DNA of 64,000 nt from sequence record SRR31156797_4553; one strand, 5' to 3'. This document shows, piece by piece, positions 1 to 9,139 of this stretch. The notes under the pieces are model-generated. The model was not told the origin of the DNA. It did no database searches and worked only from the letters and a program-made list of their open reading frames with translations. The first letter of the stretch is position 1, and every line of letters starts with the position of its first letter. A program made the position numbers and the translations under genes.

Positions 1-1
1 T

Positions 2-1042
2 TCAGGAACCAATACCAATGTGACCAATGTATCTTCGCTAAATGAGGAAACAAGTCGAGGGTTTGCCGCGCAGTTTGCTTCTCGTTCGCAACGGCTATTG
101 TTTGAGAACATACCAGACGTCACGGTGACCATCGATCCTTTGACAGAAGATAGAACCTTACCTAATGCCTATACGATTTCGGGAACCGCCAATCCTGGTA
201 GCTACCTTCGATTCCAAAGAGAGGGACTGATGCCAGAACCGACGCTTGAAACGACAGTCGATAGTGCTGGCAATAGCACGTATTTTCACACCCAAGCGGA
301 TGAAAACGGGCATTATTTACTTGATCTATCTGATTTAGAACCTTTCCAGTATTTTACTCAAGGTGAGGTGGTCACCGCTCAGGCATTTCTTGATGGCAAA
401 TGGGCAGAAGCATCAACCACTGTGGAACCCATTGGTGACGTAGACCCAAAAGATCCCCTTGATCCTGATCAACCGATTCTACCTGAAAATCCACCCTTGA
501 TACCAGAAAATCGCGGGTTTATCAGTATAGACTTTGTTTCACAATTCGATTTTGGTACAGTACCGATTCGCTCGTCGACAAGCCGCTATCCGGCGCGTCC
601 GCAACGAATTTCTTTAGTGGATGATCATGAATCAACCGAACGACCAAACTACATTCAGGTTTCCGATCGTCGATTTCTTCAAAAGGGCTGGACCTTGAGT
701 GCCCGATTATCAGAGGAAGGGTTCGTTAGCACGGAAGCGTTTAAGCACCACTTAAAAGGAGCGAGTGTGCATTTGACGAATATTGAAATGGTTACCTCTA
801 GAGAAAATCCCTCTGAAGCACCAGACTACTTTGATGCAATCGAGCTGGGACCGCAGAACCAAGTGATTGCACGTGCCAATGAAAAGCAAGGGGCGGGAAC
901 TTGGATTCAACGCTATGGAAACGAGGATACCATGCAAAAAAGTGTCGAGCTGGAAATCCCTATTGGCGCGAGGCCGCAAGCAACAAGTTATCAAGGAACC
1001 ATCCATTGGGAGCTGAGTTTCGTACCTGGTGCTGACGAATAA
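2..1042 (+). CDS. WxL domain cell-surface protein, C-terminal part (5' end lies outside the window), with an Ig-like segment before the WxL domain
   Basis: Frame is open from base 2. Pro-rich linker (VDPKDPLDP), then SIDFVSQFDFG, YIQVSDRR..GWTLSA, GAGTW and terminal YQGTIHWELSFVP typical of WxL domains. Confidence 0.88.
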   Translation, partial: SGTNTNVTNVSSLNEETSRGFAAQFASRSQRLLFENIPDVTVTIDPLTEDRTLPNAYTISGTANPGSYLRFQREGLMPEPTLETTVDSAGNSTYFHTQADENGHYLLDLSDLEPFQYFTQGEVVTAQAFLDGKWAEASTTVEPIGDVDPKDPLDPDQPILPENPPLIPENRGFISIDFVSQFDFGTVPIRSSTSRYPARPQRISLVDDHESTERPNYIQVSDRRFLQKGWTLSARLSEEGFVSTEAFKHHLKGASVHLTNIEMVTSRENPSEAPDYFDAIELGPQNQVIARANEKQGAGTWIQRYGNEDTMQKSVELEIPIGARPQATSYQGTIHWELSFVPGADE

Positions 1043-1106
1043 CCCCTTGGAAAACAAGTAAGTATGTTCTGCAATCGTGAATATGATCGAACACTGTAAA
1101 AGTTGA

Positions 1107-1153
1107 TCAGACAAAAAGAAGTCCATTTGCCATTGGACTTCTTTTTTGTCTGA
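1107..1153 (+). terminator. Intrinsic terminator after the WxL gene
   Basis: TCAGACAAAAAGAAGTCCA-N8-TGGACTTCTTTTTTGTCTGA inverted repeat containing a T run. Confidence 0.75.
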
Positions 1154-1404
1154 AACAGACGAGCGGTGGTTTAAACTGCTTTTTCCACTTTGGTGGATAT
1201 GCTTTTCGATCAATAGAAGAGAGTGAAACCACAGGCAATGGATCAATGAGTAAAATCATGACATGGTAGTGATCAATGAAATCACTTAAGCACTATATCT
1301 TCCCCAGTATAAATTTTATTTAGCTATTTTAGTAATTAAATCCTGCTCAAATATTTTAATTTTCTCTTGCCTTTTGATATGCTAAGAACAAGGGGGAATC
1401 AAAG

Positions 1405-1974
1405 ATGGAAGTTGATCTACAAATGCTGGCGATGATTTTCTTTATCAATCTCGCCTATGTTACATTGAACACACTGCGATTTTTATTGACAATGAAAGGG
1501 TATCGCGTGATTGCCCCATTAGTGAGTATGATCGAAATCACGATCTATATTTTAGGCTTATCTATGGTATTGGATCGTTTGGATAACCCGCTGAATCTCT
1601 TATTCTATGCATTAGGTTATGCTGCAGGAGTCAGTATTGGTATCAAAATCGAAGATAAGCTGGCTCTGGGCTATACAATGGTCACAGTGATCCTACCTAG
1701 TAATACGGATGAGGAAAAAAGTTTGCCTAAGATCTTACGACAAGAAGGCTACGGAGTTACACAAAGTTATGGAGAAGGCTTAGAAGGGCCACGACTGATT
1801 TTAGAGATTCTTTCCCAAAGAAAAAGTGAGAAAAAGCTCTATCAAACCATCAAAGCGGTGGAAGAACGAGCGTTTATCATCAGCTATGAACCCAAGTATA
1901 TCTCAGGTGGATTTTGGACCAAAAAAATCAGTCGCCGAGAAGCAAAGTTGAAAAAACAAGCACCTGTTGATTGA
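1405..1974 (+). CDS. UPF0316 / DUF2179 family membrane protein (YebE-like)
   Basis: N-terminal TM helices (YVTLNTLR..MKG, YALGYAAG..IG..IE), C-terminal GYGVT..GEG..G.R and AFIISYEPK..GGFW; RBS AAGGGGG. Confidence 0.85.
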   Translation: MEVDLQMLAMIFFINLAYVTLNTLRFLLTMKGYRVIAPLVSMIEITIYILGLSMVLDRLDNPLNLLFYALGYAAGVSIGIKIEDKLALGYTMVTVILPSNTDEEKSLPKILRQEGYGVTQSYGEGLEGPRLILEILSQRKSEKKLYQTIKAVEERAFIISYEPKYISGGFWTKKISRREAKLKKQAPVD

Positions 1975-2057
1975 AGAAACTCAGTCAGCCGTGATTCATT
2001 TGAGAAGAATAGCAGAGTAAAAGACAGGGAATTTATTGATGAGAGGAAGCGTAAGGT

Positions 2058-3017
2058 GTGGAAAAGAAAGCAAATGGTATGATGGCGGTCATCGCTGCCC
2101 TGATCTCAAATATTTTGGTGGCTATTAGTAAGTTTGTCGGTTATGCACTAAGTGGCAGTGCAGCCATGTTGAATGAAAGCATTCATAGTGTCGTGGATTG
2201 TAGCAATCAAATCTTTTTATTGATCGGGGATAAACGGGCAACAAAGGGCCAAAGTGAACTGCATCAGTTTGGAGAAGGTCGGGCGAAATATTTTTTTAGC
2301 ACGATCGTTGCGATGATGCTCTTCTTTGGTGGGGGCGCACTCGGTGTGATGGAAGCGGTAGAAAAGCTGCTGCATCCTGCCCATGAAGTTGGTAACGCTT
2401 GGTTGGTGATCGCTATTTTGATTTTCGGGATGATCGTTGAAGGAAGTTCGTTGTGGATCGCGATCAAGGAGATCCGCGAACTGAATGTGGAACGTCAACC
2501 AATCTATCGTTTTTTGAAAGAAAGTCGGCATAGTGAGATTCTGATCATTTTCACAGAAGACTTTTGTGCAATGATCGGCCTAATGATCGCACTATTTGGT
2601 ACGATTTTAACCATGATTACGGGTAACGCATTTTTTGATGCCTTCAGTGGTTTATTGATTGGTCTTTTATTGATGGTAGCAGCCATTTTCTTAGCCCGCG
2701 AATTTTACAGTCTACTGATTGGCGAAAGTGTCACAAAACGGGATCTAGCAGTGATCAAAAGAGCATTTGAACGGCCAGATGTTGATCGCTTGATTGATGT
2801 TAAAACGGTGCATTTAGGACCATCAGAAATTTTGATTGCGGCAAAAGTTGATATTGCCTCGAAACAAGAAGAGGTCGGCTATGAGATCATTAATGAGATT
2901 GAAGCCGAGATTCGACACCAGATGGCAGATAAAAAAGTCTATATTTATATTGAGACAGATGAGTATGACCCTCACTATATGGAGAAACGGCGCAAACTTG
3001 TGCGACCTTCCCACTGA
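2058..3017 (+). CDS. Cation diffusion facilitator (CDF) family metal transporter
   Basis: SGSAAMLNESIHSVVD, HQFGEGRAKY motifs, six TM segments, C-terminal cytosolic domain; GTG start with RBS GAGG. Confidence 0.9.
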   Translation: MEKKANGMMAVIAALISNILVAISKFVGYALSGSAAMLNESIHSVVDCSNQIFLLIGDKRATKGQSELHQFGEGRAKYFFSTIVAMMLFFGGGALGVMEAVEKLLHPAHEVGNAWLVIAILIFGMIVEGSSLWIAIKEIRELNVERQPIYRFLKESRHSEILIIFTEDFCAMIGLMIALFGTILTMITGNAFFDAFSGLLIGLLLMVAAIFLAREFYSLLIGESVTKRDLAVIKRAFERPDVDRLIDVKTVHLGPSEILIAAKVDIASKQEEVGYEIINEIEAEIRHQMADKKVYIYIETDEYDPHYMEKRRKLVRPSH

Positions 3018-3091
3018 TTTAGCTAGAATAAAGCAGCTTTTTTTGATACAATAGACAAGGATTATCACATAGTGAAGGAGATTTCAAAATT

Positions 3092-3652
3092 ATGATCAAT
3101 GCAAGTGACTTAAGAGCTGGAATGACATTCGTTCAAGACGGCAAACTTATCAAAGTATTAGATGCTAGCCATCACAAACCAGGTAAGGGAAATACGGTTA
3201 TGCGTATGAAATTACGGGACGTTCGGACTGGTTCGACTTATGATACAACCTTCCGTCCAGAAGAAAAATTTGAAAAAGCGCATATTGATACGAAAGCTGT
3301 ACAATATCTATACACAATGGATGATACAGCATTCTTCATGGATCTGGAAACCTATGAACAATATGAAATTCCAGTTGAAGTGGTAGAAGAAGAAATGAAA
3401 TTTATTCTTGAAAACATGGAAGTAAAAATCCAATTCTTCGGCAGCGAAGTAATCGGCGTTCAACTACCATCAAGCGTAATCTTAAAGGTTGTTGAAACAC
3501 AGCCGTCGATCAAAGGGGCGACTGTGACTGGTTCAGGCAAGCCAGCAACGATGGAAACGGGCTTAGTTGTCAATGTTCCTGACTTTGTTGAAGAAGGCGA
3601 AATGCTAGAAATCAATACAGCTGAAGGTACCTACTTAAAACGTGCGAAATAA
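3092..3652 (+). CDS. efp: Translation elongation factor P
   Basis: HHKPGKG loop, [12 protein letters not shown] motifs; RBS AAGGAG. Confidence 0.98.
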   Translation: MINASDLRAGMTFVQDGKLIKVLDASHHKPGKGNTVMRMKLRDVRTGSTYDTTFRPEEKFEKAHIDTKAVQYLYTMDDTAFFMDLETYEQYEIPVEVVEEEMKFILENMEVKIQFFGSEVIGVQLPSSVILKVVETQPSIKGATVTGSGKPATMETGLVVNVPDFVEEGEMLEINTAEGTYLKRAK

Positions 3653-3688
3653 GAAAAAAACCGCGACTTGTTCGCGGTTTTTTCTTTT
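3651..3688. terminator. Bidirectional intrinsic terminator between efp and the CLC-F gene
   Basis: AAGAAAAAAACCGCGA-cttgt-TCGCGGTTTTTTCTTTT. Confidence 0.85.
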
Positions 3689-3714
3689 GCTCTGGAGGAG
3701 GGATCAAAAGTGAA

Positions 3715-4935
3715 TCATTTCCCGTCTGCCAATGATTTTTGTAAGGGATAAATACTATAGGGTTTACTGATAAAGTAGGCGACGGAGCAGACGATCACAA
3801 ACAAGGGCAGATTTTCAAAGCCAAAGACTTCCCCACCGATAAAGATCGGTGCAAATAAAGTGCTAGTAGCACTGCCAAAGACACTGGCATAGCCTAGGGC
3901 TGCCACCAGTTCGATAGGCAGTCCGAAGAGCGGTGCCAGCACGACGCCCAAAGAGGCGCCGATCGCAAACAAAGGGGTGACTTCTCCGCCCAAAAAACCA
4001 ATACTGATAGTCAGTACAGTTAACACCATCTTAAGCAGCCAGTCATAAGAATAGATTGGTTGATTCGTGAAACTAGCGCTGATCAAATTCGTTCCTAAAC
4101 CTGAATAACGACCATGATACAAAAGGACAAAAAGTAAGACTAGCACGAGTGAACCGATGCCGATGCGCCAGAGAGGATGAGGAAAGCGTCGTTTCATGAT
4201 CCGTTTCATCGTTTCTAATAATCCCGCAAAGCTGCCACCAACAATACCAAATAGTAAGCCAATCAAAAGTAATTTCAGAAAAACAGCCAAAGTCAAATCG
4301 GGGGACGGTGACAAAGCAAAACTAAATTTTTCTAATCCTAACAATTGAGAAGTCGTACTAGCAGTGAAAGCAGCCAGCAAAGTTGGTAAGAGTGCATGAT
4401 GACTGAATTTACCGATGACAAGTACCTCCAGTGCGAAGAACGTCGCAGCGATCGGGGTTTCAAATAAACCAGCAAATCCCGCAGCCATCCCAATCATGAT
4501 CAGGGTGCTGGCGTACTTTTCTAGTCGCAGCCATTTTCCTAAGCGATTGGCGATGGTGGCACCTAACTGAACCGCAACCCCTTCTCTGCCAGCGCTTCCT
4601 CCAAATAAATGCGTCAGCCAGGTTCCCACCATTACAAAAGGAATCAAGCGCAACGGAATGTCTTTTTCTTCTTCATGTCCGACTAAAAACACTAAATTCA
4701 TTCCCTGAGGACTTCGGTCACCGTACTTTTGGAACAGGTAAGTAAAACAAATGCCGATAATGGGTAAAAAGAGAATCAAGGGCAAAAAATGACTATCACG
4801 AAAGGCGCTTAAGGAAAGTAGGATCTTCCCAAAGAAGGTGTCGACGGCTCCAGCGAATACGCCAATAACCAGACTGACCACACCTAAAGCAGTCAGTTCC
4901 CAATTAGTTGTTTTTTGTTTCATCATTTCTATCAC
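3715..4935 (-). CDS. eriC: CLC-F (EriC-F) fluoride/proton antiporter; start may be ATG at 4926
   Basis: CLC-F subfamily signatures GMNLV, GREGV and GEVTP; fluoride riboswitch directly upstream. Confidence 0.9.
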   Translation of the reverse strand: MIEMMKQKTTNWELTALGVVSLVIGVFAGAVDTFFGKILLSLSAFRDSHFLPLILFLPIIGICFTYLFQKYGDRSPQGMNLVFLVGHEEEKDIPLRLIPFVMVGTWLTHLFGGSAGREGVAVQLGATIANRLGKWLRLEKYASTLIMIGMAAGFAGLFETPIAATFFALEVLVIGKFSHHALLPTLLAAFTASTTSQLLGLEKFSFALSPSPDLTLAVFLKLLLIGLLFGIVGGSFAGLLETMKRIMKRRFPHPLWRIGIGSLVLVLLFVLLYHGRYSGLGTNLISASFTNQPIYSYDWLLKMVLTVLTISIGFLGGEVTPLFAIGASLGVVLAPLFGLPIELVAALGYASVFGSATSTLFAPIFIGGEVFGFENLPLFVIVCSVAYFISKPYSIYPLQKSLADGK

Positions 4936-4994
4936 GATCCTTTAAAAAGAATATAGGAACAATGCTCCTGCAAATACGACGACCTAGTGAAAAT

Positions 4995-5084
4995 AAAAAA
5001 ATGACTGCTACACACTAAAAAAAGTGGTAGAAGTCATTAGCAAAATTGCGGTTTCAGTAAGAACTGAGGGAGACATTCATTCCC
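4995..5084 (-). promoter_or_regulatory. Fluoride (crcB) riboswitch with terminator expression platform
   Basis: Minus strand reads GGGAATGAATGTCTCCC-TCAGTTCTTACTGA-AACCGC-AATTTT-GCTAATGACTTCTAC, followed by a terminator (ATGACTTCTAC-CACT..AGTG-TGTAGCAGTCAT-T run) overlapping the aptamer 3' end. Confidence 0.93.
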
Positions 5085-5097
5085 GATTAGCATCAAT

Positions 5098-5126
5098 ATT
5101 ATCTGATAAAACCCTCCTTTTGTCAA
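5098..5126 (-). promoter_or_regulatory. SigA promoter of the fluoride riboswitch/eriC unit
   Basis: TTGACA-17 nt-GATAAT on the minus strand just upstream of the aptamer. Confidence 0.75.
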
Positions 5127-5324
5127 TGGATGTTTGTTGTGAAAAGCAATTCATCTAACACTTATCTTTTCTACATAGTTATGGTAAAATTAATCTCATA
5201 AGAACTTATATGGGAATTGAGCGCCTTGAGGATAATTGGCATGAAAAGGGATGAAAGGACGATCCTTCTACTGTTTTACCAAGGGTAAGACAGTGAGTAG
5301 TGAGGAATCGAAGAGGAATAAAAA

Positions 5325-6017
5325 ATGGTTGCATTTATGACGAGCGAAAAATGGCTGCAAAGTGAGCGTTTTTATTATGTGATCCTACCAATTCTCATGG
5401 TAGTTGGTCTGATTGCGTTATTAGGGTTCCTGATGGTTCTGCTTTATCGAGAAAACCGCAACCCAAAAGTGACGCTATTGCTTGGCGGCATAGTCGTTAC
5501 GTGTCTATTAGGTTTTTTTATTGGGGATCAAGTGTATGGTGAATTCAAAACGTATAATGCGCTGATCACACCGAATATCCGAGATCGCGAAAAGATGTTT
5601 CTAGGCTATAAATATTACGAATCTGATACTACAGCAATTTATCAGCGCATCCAAAGCAATGAAGCGATTGAAACTTTAGGAATCTATCAAGCAATACCGG
5701 TGGAACGGGCGATTGAATTTCTTGGTTCTGCTCATAACTCCGTATATTTTAAAATGGGCGCCCAGGTTTACTATGCTCGCTATCAACCGACTTTTGTGGA
5801 TGAGGAAACAACTGCTAAACTGCAGGGGGTTCAATACCATTTGACTGATCCTTCCTTTGAAACAATTGGTTTCTATTCCGAAACCAACAACTATTTAACG
5901 GCAATTACGATTCCAAAGTCCCAAGAAACCCTCGAATATCAATCCGTTGATTCTGTGATCCCGAAAGAATTTGGGAAAAGTCAAACCCAATGGGCGTTAC
6001 CGAATAGGAATGAATAA
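5325..6017 (+). CDS. Hypothetical membrane protein (two N-terminal TM helices plus a soluble domain)
   Basis: 230-aa ORF with RBS GAGG; hydrophobic segments at about aa 17-41 and 50-67. Confidence 0.7.
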   Translation: MVAFMTSEKWLQSERFYYVILPILMVVGLIALLGFLMVLLYRENRNPKVTLLLGGIVVTCLLGFFIGDQVYGEFKTYNALITPNIRDREKMFLGYKYYESDTTAIYQRIQSNEAIETLGIYQAIPVERAIEFLGSAHNSVYFKMGAQVYYARYQPTFVDEETTAKLQGVQYHLTDPSFETIGFYSETNNYLTAITIPKSQETLEYQSVDSVIPKEFGKSQTQWALPNRNE

Positions 6018-6021
6018 CGAT

Positions 6022-6089
6022 AAAAAAACTACCTAAGTCACGAAAGAAAGCTCCCTCAAGAAGGAAACTTCCGTGCGCAGGTAGTTTTT
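6022..6089. terminator. Bidirectional terminator (long interrupted stem)
   Basis: AAAAAACTACCT...AGGTAGTTTTTT between convergent genes. Confidence 0.65.
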
Positions 6090-6100
6090 TGCATGCTTGG

Positions 6101-6379
6101 TCAGAGAACATTGCTTTTCCTATGACTGATCAGGTAGTCCTCTTTCTTTTTGCGAGGCAATTTTTTGAAGGCGGCTTCTGCTTGAGTGGCTTTACTGCGA
6201 GTGGAAAAGCTTTCCGCATGGATCATTTGCAAGGGTCTGCGACTAGCGGGACGGGTATATTTTGCCCCGATCCCTTTGTTATGCTCTAATAAGCGGCGAC
6301 TCAAATCGGTAGTATAGCCGCCGTAAAAGGATTGGTCGTTGCAACGTAAGACATAAAAGTAATGGTTGTCAGCAGCCAT
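6101..6379 (-). CDS. GIY-YIG nuclease family protein (UPF0213, YazA-like)
   Basis: HYFYVLRC...FYGGYTTDLSRRLLEHN.G.GAKYTR; overlaps the methyltransferase stop as in the yabB-yazA pair. Confidence 0.9.
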   Translation of the reverse strand: MAADNHYFYVLRCNDQSFYGGYTTDLSRRLLEHNKGIGAKYTRPASRRPLQMIHAESFSTRSKATQAEAAFKKLPRKKKEDYLISHRKSNVL

Positions 6380-7103
6380 AGAGCATCGCCTTCACTTCTG
6401 GACTATAAGAGCCCGTTTCATCATAGGTAATGAGAGGAGAATCAATTTTAAACCCTTCCGCCTTACCATCCTTGATTCCTTCAATCAATAAAATATTGGC
6501 CTCTTTGCCTACTTTCGGATAGACGAAGCGGACTCGTTTTGGCGCGATTCGATGGGTGCGCATATGGTCCAAAATATCGAGAAAGCGATCCGGGCGATGA
6601 ACCATCGCAAACCTTCCATTCATTTTTAACGCTTTACTGGCGGTTTGGATCACTTCATCTAAATTTGTGGTGATCTCGTGCCGGGCGATCGCTAAATAAG
6701 GATTCGGGTTTTTGATCGCCGTCGGTATATTTTTAAAGTAAGGCGGATTGCAGACCAAAAGATCGACGGAATCAGGTTTGATTTTTTGAAAGAGATTCTT
6801 CAAATCCATAGGATAGACCGTCAGCTGTTCTTGCAAGTCATTTAATTCGATACTGCGCTGCGCCATATCCGCTAAGCGTTCCTGCAATTCGACCTGATAA
6901 ATATGAGCAGTCGTTTTTCTGCTGATAAATAAACCGACTGCGCCATTCCCTGCACAAAGGTCAACGATCACACCTCTTTTTGGTACTCTAGCGTAATTGG
7001 CTAATAAGACAGCATCTAATGAAAAAGAAAAAACTTCGGAACTCTGAATAATCTTGATGTCATCGGCATACAATTGGTCAATGCGTTCGTTCGGTTGCAA
7101 CAT
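6369..7103 (-). CDS. tRNA1(Val) A37 N6-methyltransferase family (YabB-like)
   Basis: FSLDAVLLA, DLCAGNG SAM-binding motif, NPPYF, ARHEI. Confidence 0.9.
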   Translation of the reverse strand: MLQPNERIDQLYADDIKIIQSSEVFSFSLDAVLLANYARVPKRGVIVDLCAGNGAVGLFISRKTTAHIYQVELQERLADMAQRSIELNDLQEQLTVYPMDLKNLFQKIKPDSVDLLVCNPPYFKNIPTAIKNPNPYLAIARHEITTNLDEVIQTASKALKMNGRFAMVHRPDRFLDILDHMRTHRIAPKRVRFVYPKVGKEANILLIEGIKDGKAEGFKIDSPLITYDETGSYSPEVKAMLYGC

Positions 7104-7240
7104 GAAGCATACTCCTGTTCTAAATTCATTTCAATGTATTATACTACGATTAAGAATAATGGGAAACGCTAAAAAAGGCTTGTCATTTAAACCGTTTTTT
7201 TGCATACTTGAATAGGAGAGAAATAGAAAGGAAAATGAGT

Positions 7241-7876
7241 ATGTTTTTTCGCTTTATGCGCGGTGTGGTTCGCGTAGTATTATTTTTGATCAACGGCAAT
7301 GCTCGTTATCAAAACAAAGAGGTTTTACCTAAAAATGAAAACTATATTTTAGTGGCTCCTCACCGAACCTGGTGGGATCCATTGTACCTAGCAGTGGCTG
7401 CTCGGCCAAAGAAATTCAGTTTTATGGCGAAAGAAGAGCTGTTCAAAAACCCGATTTTACGGTTCATTTTGATTCATGCCAATGCTTTTCCAGTCAAACG
7501 GGACAAACCAGGACCGAGCGCGGTAAAGACGCCAGTCAAAATCTTGAAGGAAACCGATCTTAGCTTGATCATGTTCCCAAGTGGTACGAGACATGCAACG
7601 GCCTTAAAAGGTGGCATGGCGTTGATCGCGAAAATGGCCAAAGTCAAGATCGTTCCCTCTGTTTATCAAGGACCGCTGACATTAAAGGATTTATTTAAAC
7701 GCAAGCGAGTGACTGTCCGTTTTGGGGAGCCAATCGATATCAGTGACATCAAAAAGATGGACAAAGAGGGCTTGGCGGAAGTGGAACGGCGCATACAAGG
7801 TGCATTTGACACACTGGATCAAGCGATCGATCCGTCATTTGTTTATCAAATCGATGAGTCCAAAAGAGAAGATTAA
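7241..7876 (+). CDS. plsC: 1-acyl-sn-glycerol-3-phosphate acyltransferase
   Basis: PHRTWWD (HX4D), FMAKEELF, FPSGTR motifs; start chosen from RBS AAGGA spacing. Confidence 0.92.
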   Translation: MFFRFMRGVVRVVLFLINGNARYQNKEVLPKNENYILVAPHRTWWDPLYLAVAARPKKFSFMAKEELFKNPILRFILIHANAFPVKRDKPGPSAVKTPVKILKETDLSLIMFPSGTRHATALKGGMALIAKMAKVKIVPSVYQGPLTLKDLFKRKRVTVRFGEPIDISDIKKMDKEGLAEVERRIQGAFDTLDQAIDPSFVYQIDESKRED

Positions 7877-7883
7877 TACCTAA

Positions 7884-7921
7884 GAAAAGCCGTTGATCCT
7901 TTTGTGATCAGCGGCTTTTTT
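7884..7921. terminator. Bidirectional terminator between plsC and the DUF871 gene
   Basis: AAAAGCCGTTGATC-N7-GATCAGCGGCTTTT. Confidence 0.8.
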
Positions 7922-7929
7922 CTAATGAT

Positions 7930-9021
7930 TTAATCCAACAATTCGAAAGCAAATTTGGTCCATGGTTTCAAATATTCCAACAAAGGCAACTCCTCTTTTG
8001 GGATAGCACCGACTTTGTTTTTTCGGGCGTCTTGGTGAGGGGTCAAAACGATCTGCAATTCGTTTTTGTACTGACCAAAGGTATCATTGCCGATAACGAT
8101 GTCCCCATAAGCAAACGGTTCTTGGTTTGTATGAGGGAGGTTTTCGATGGGACGGTATTTCACCCGTGATTGTGTGGACCGAGCGACTAACGCATTACTG
8201 TCACCGCGACGAAAATGATTGGTTTCAGCTAATATCCTCCGTTCGATTTCGCTGGCTTCTGCTTCTACGGAAACGCCAAAGGTCAGTTTGTAGCGATCGA
8301 TCGTTGCCAGAGCTTTCAGTTCTGCATCCGACGCATAGGCATTGCCAACAATCACCGTATCGATCAACCCAGAAGCAAAAAGCAGCTTTCCTTGCAACGC
8401 CAAAGGTAAATCGCGACAAGATTCTAAGGTTGGCAGGCCATCATTGACTTCCCAAGGGCCAATTTTGGCTGATTGACTAGTGATGAAGGCGGCTGTTTTC
8501 AACCCATATTTTTTAAAACGTTGACTGCAGTTGCGGAAAAAAGCCTCCGTTAAGCCTGTGCCTCGTTGGGGGTAAAAATTGTGGCAGCCATATAAAAAAG
8601 GTTCATTGGCTTGATAAGAAAGGATATTTTCTAAATAGTTCACATCATTACTCATGTTTAATTCAATCGCCAAGCCGAATGGATTGAAGGTCAGTTGGGC
8701 TTCTTTGCTGCCATCAAACCCTTGATCCAAGCGGATACCGTCCGCACCTAATTCTGCAAAGAAGCTTAGATCGTCATAAGAGATCGCCAGATCACTAAAA
8801 ACAGCTGGGGAAATATCTAAAATCGTTTCAAACCCAAGGTTCTTGGCAAACCCGATAATCGAAGAGAATTTTTTTCTGACGGTCTCTTTGCCTTCACTGA
8901 CTTCTAGCATACTCATAAATAAGCGAGAGTAACCAAGGGCAGCAGCTTTTTTTAAATAGTCTTGATCCAGTAAAGGATCGCTATGGTCGGGGTAAATCGA
9001 AAGGCCAATTTCTCGTTTCAA
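7930..9021 (-). CDS. DUF871 family phospho-sugar glycosidase (MupG-like)
   Basis: GLSIYP, DGIRLDQGF, IELNMS, GCHNFYPQRGTGL, GLPTLE, IVGNA, YKNELQI motifs of DUF871; TTG start with RBS GAGGG. Confidence 0.9.
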   Translation of the reverse strand: MKREIGLSIYPDHSDPLLDQDYLKKAAALGYSRLFMSMLEVSEGKETVRKKFSSIIGFAKNLGFETILDISPAVFSDLAISYDDLSFFAELGADGIRLDQGFDGSKEAQLTFNPFGLAIELNMSNDVNYLENILSYQANEPFLYGCHNFYPQRGTGLTEAFFRNCSQRFKKYGLKTAAFITSQSAKIGPWEVNDGLPTLESCRDLPLALQGKLLFASGLIDTVIVGNAYASDAELKALATIDRYKLTFGVSVEAEASEIERRILAETNHFRRGDSNALVARSTQSRVKYRPIENLPHTNQEPFAYGDIVIGNDTFGQYKNELQIVLTPHQDARKNKVGAIPKEELPLLEYLKPWTKFAFELLD

Positions 9022-9139
9022 TGGTTTTCCCTCTTTCTAAAAAAATCGTACGAAGCACCTCTTAGTATCGAAAAATGCTGCTGTGGAGCGCTTCTTCCGA
9101 TTGTCTTGATGGGTGCTTCGTCCGACCTTTATCAACAAA

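Noticed and set aside
752-1246. 164-aa antisense ORF over the WxL gene
   Set aside because: Shadow frame of a well-supported gene; runs through a terminator; no RBS.
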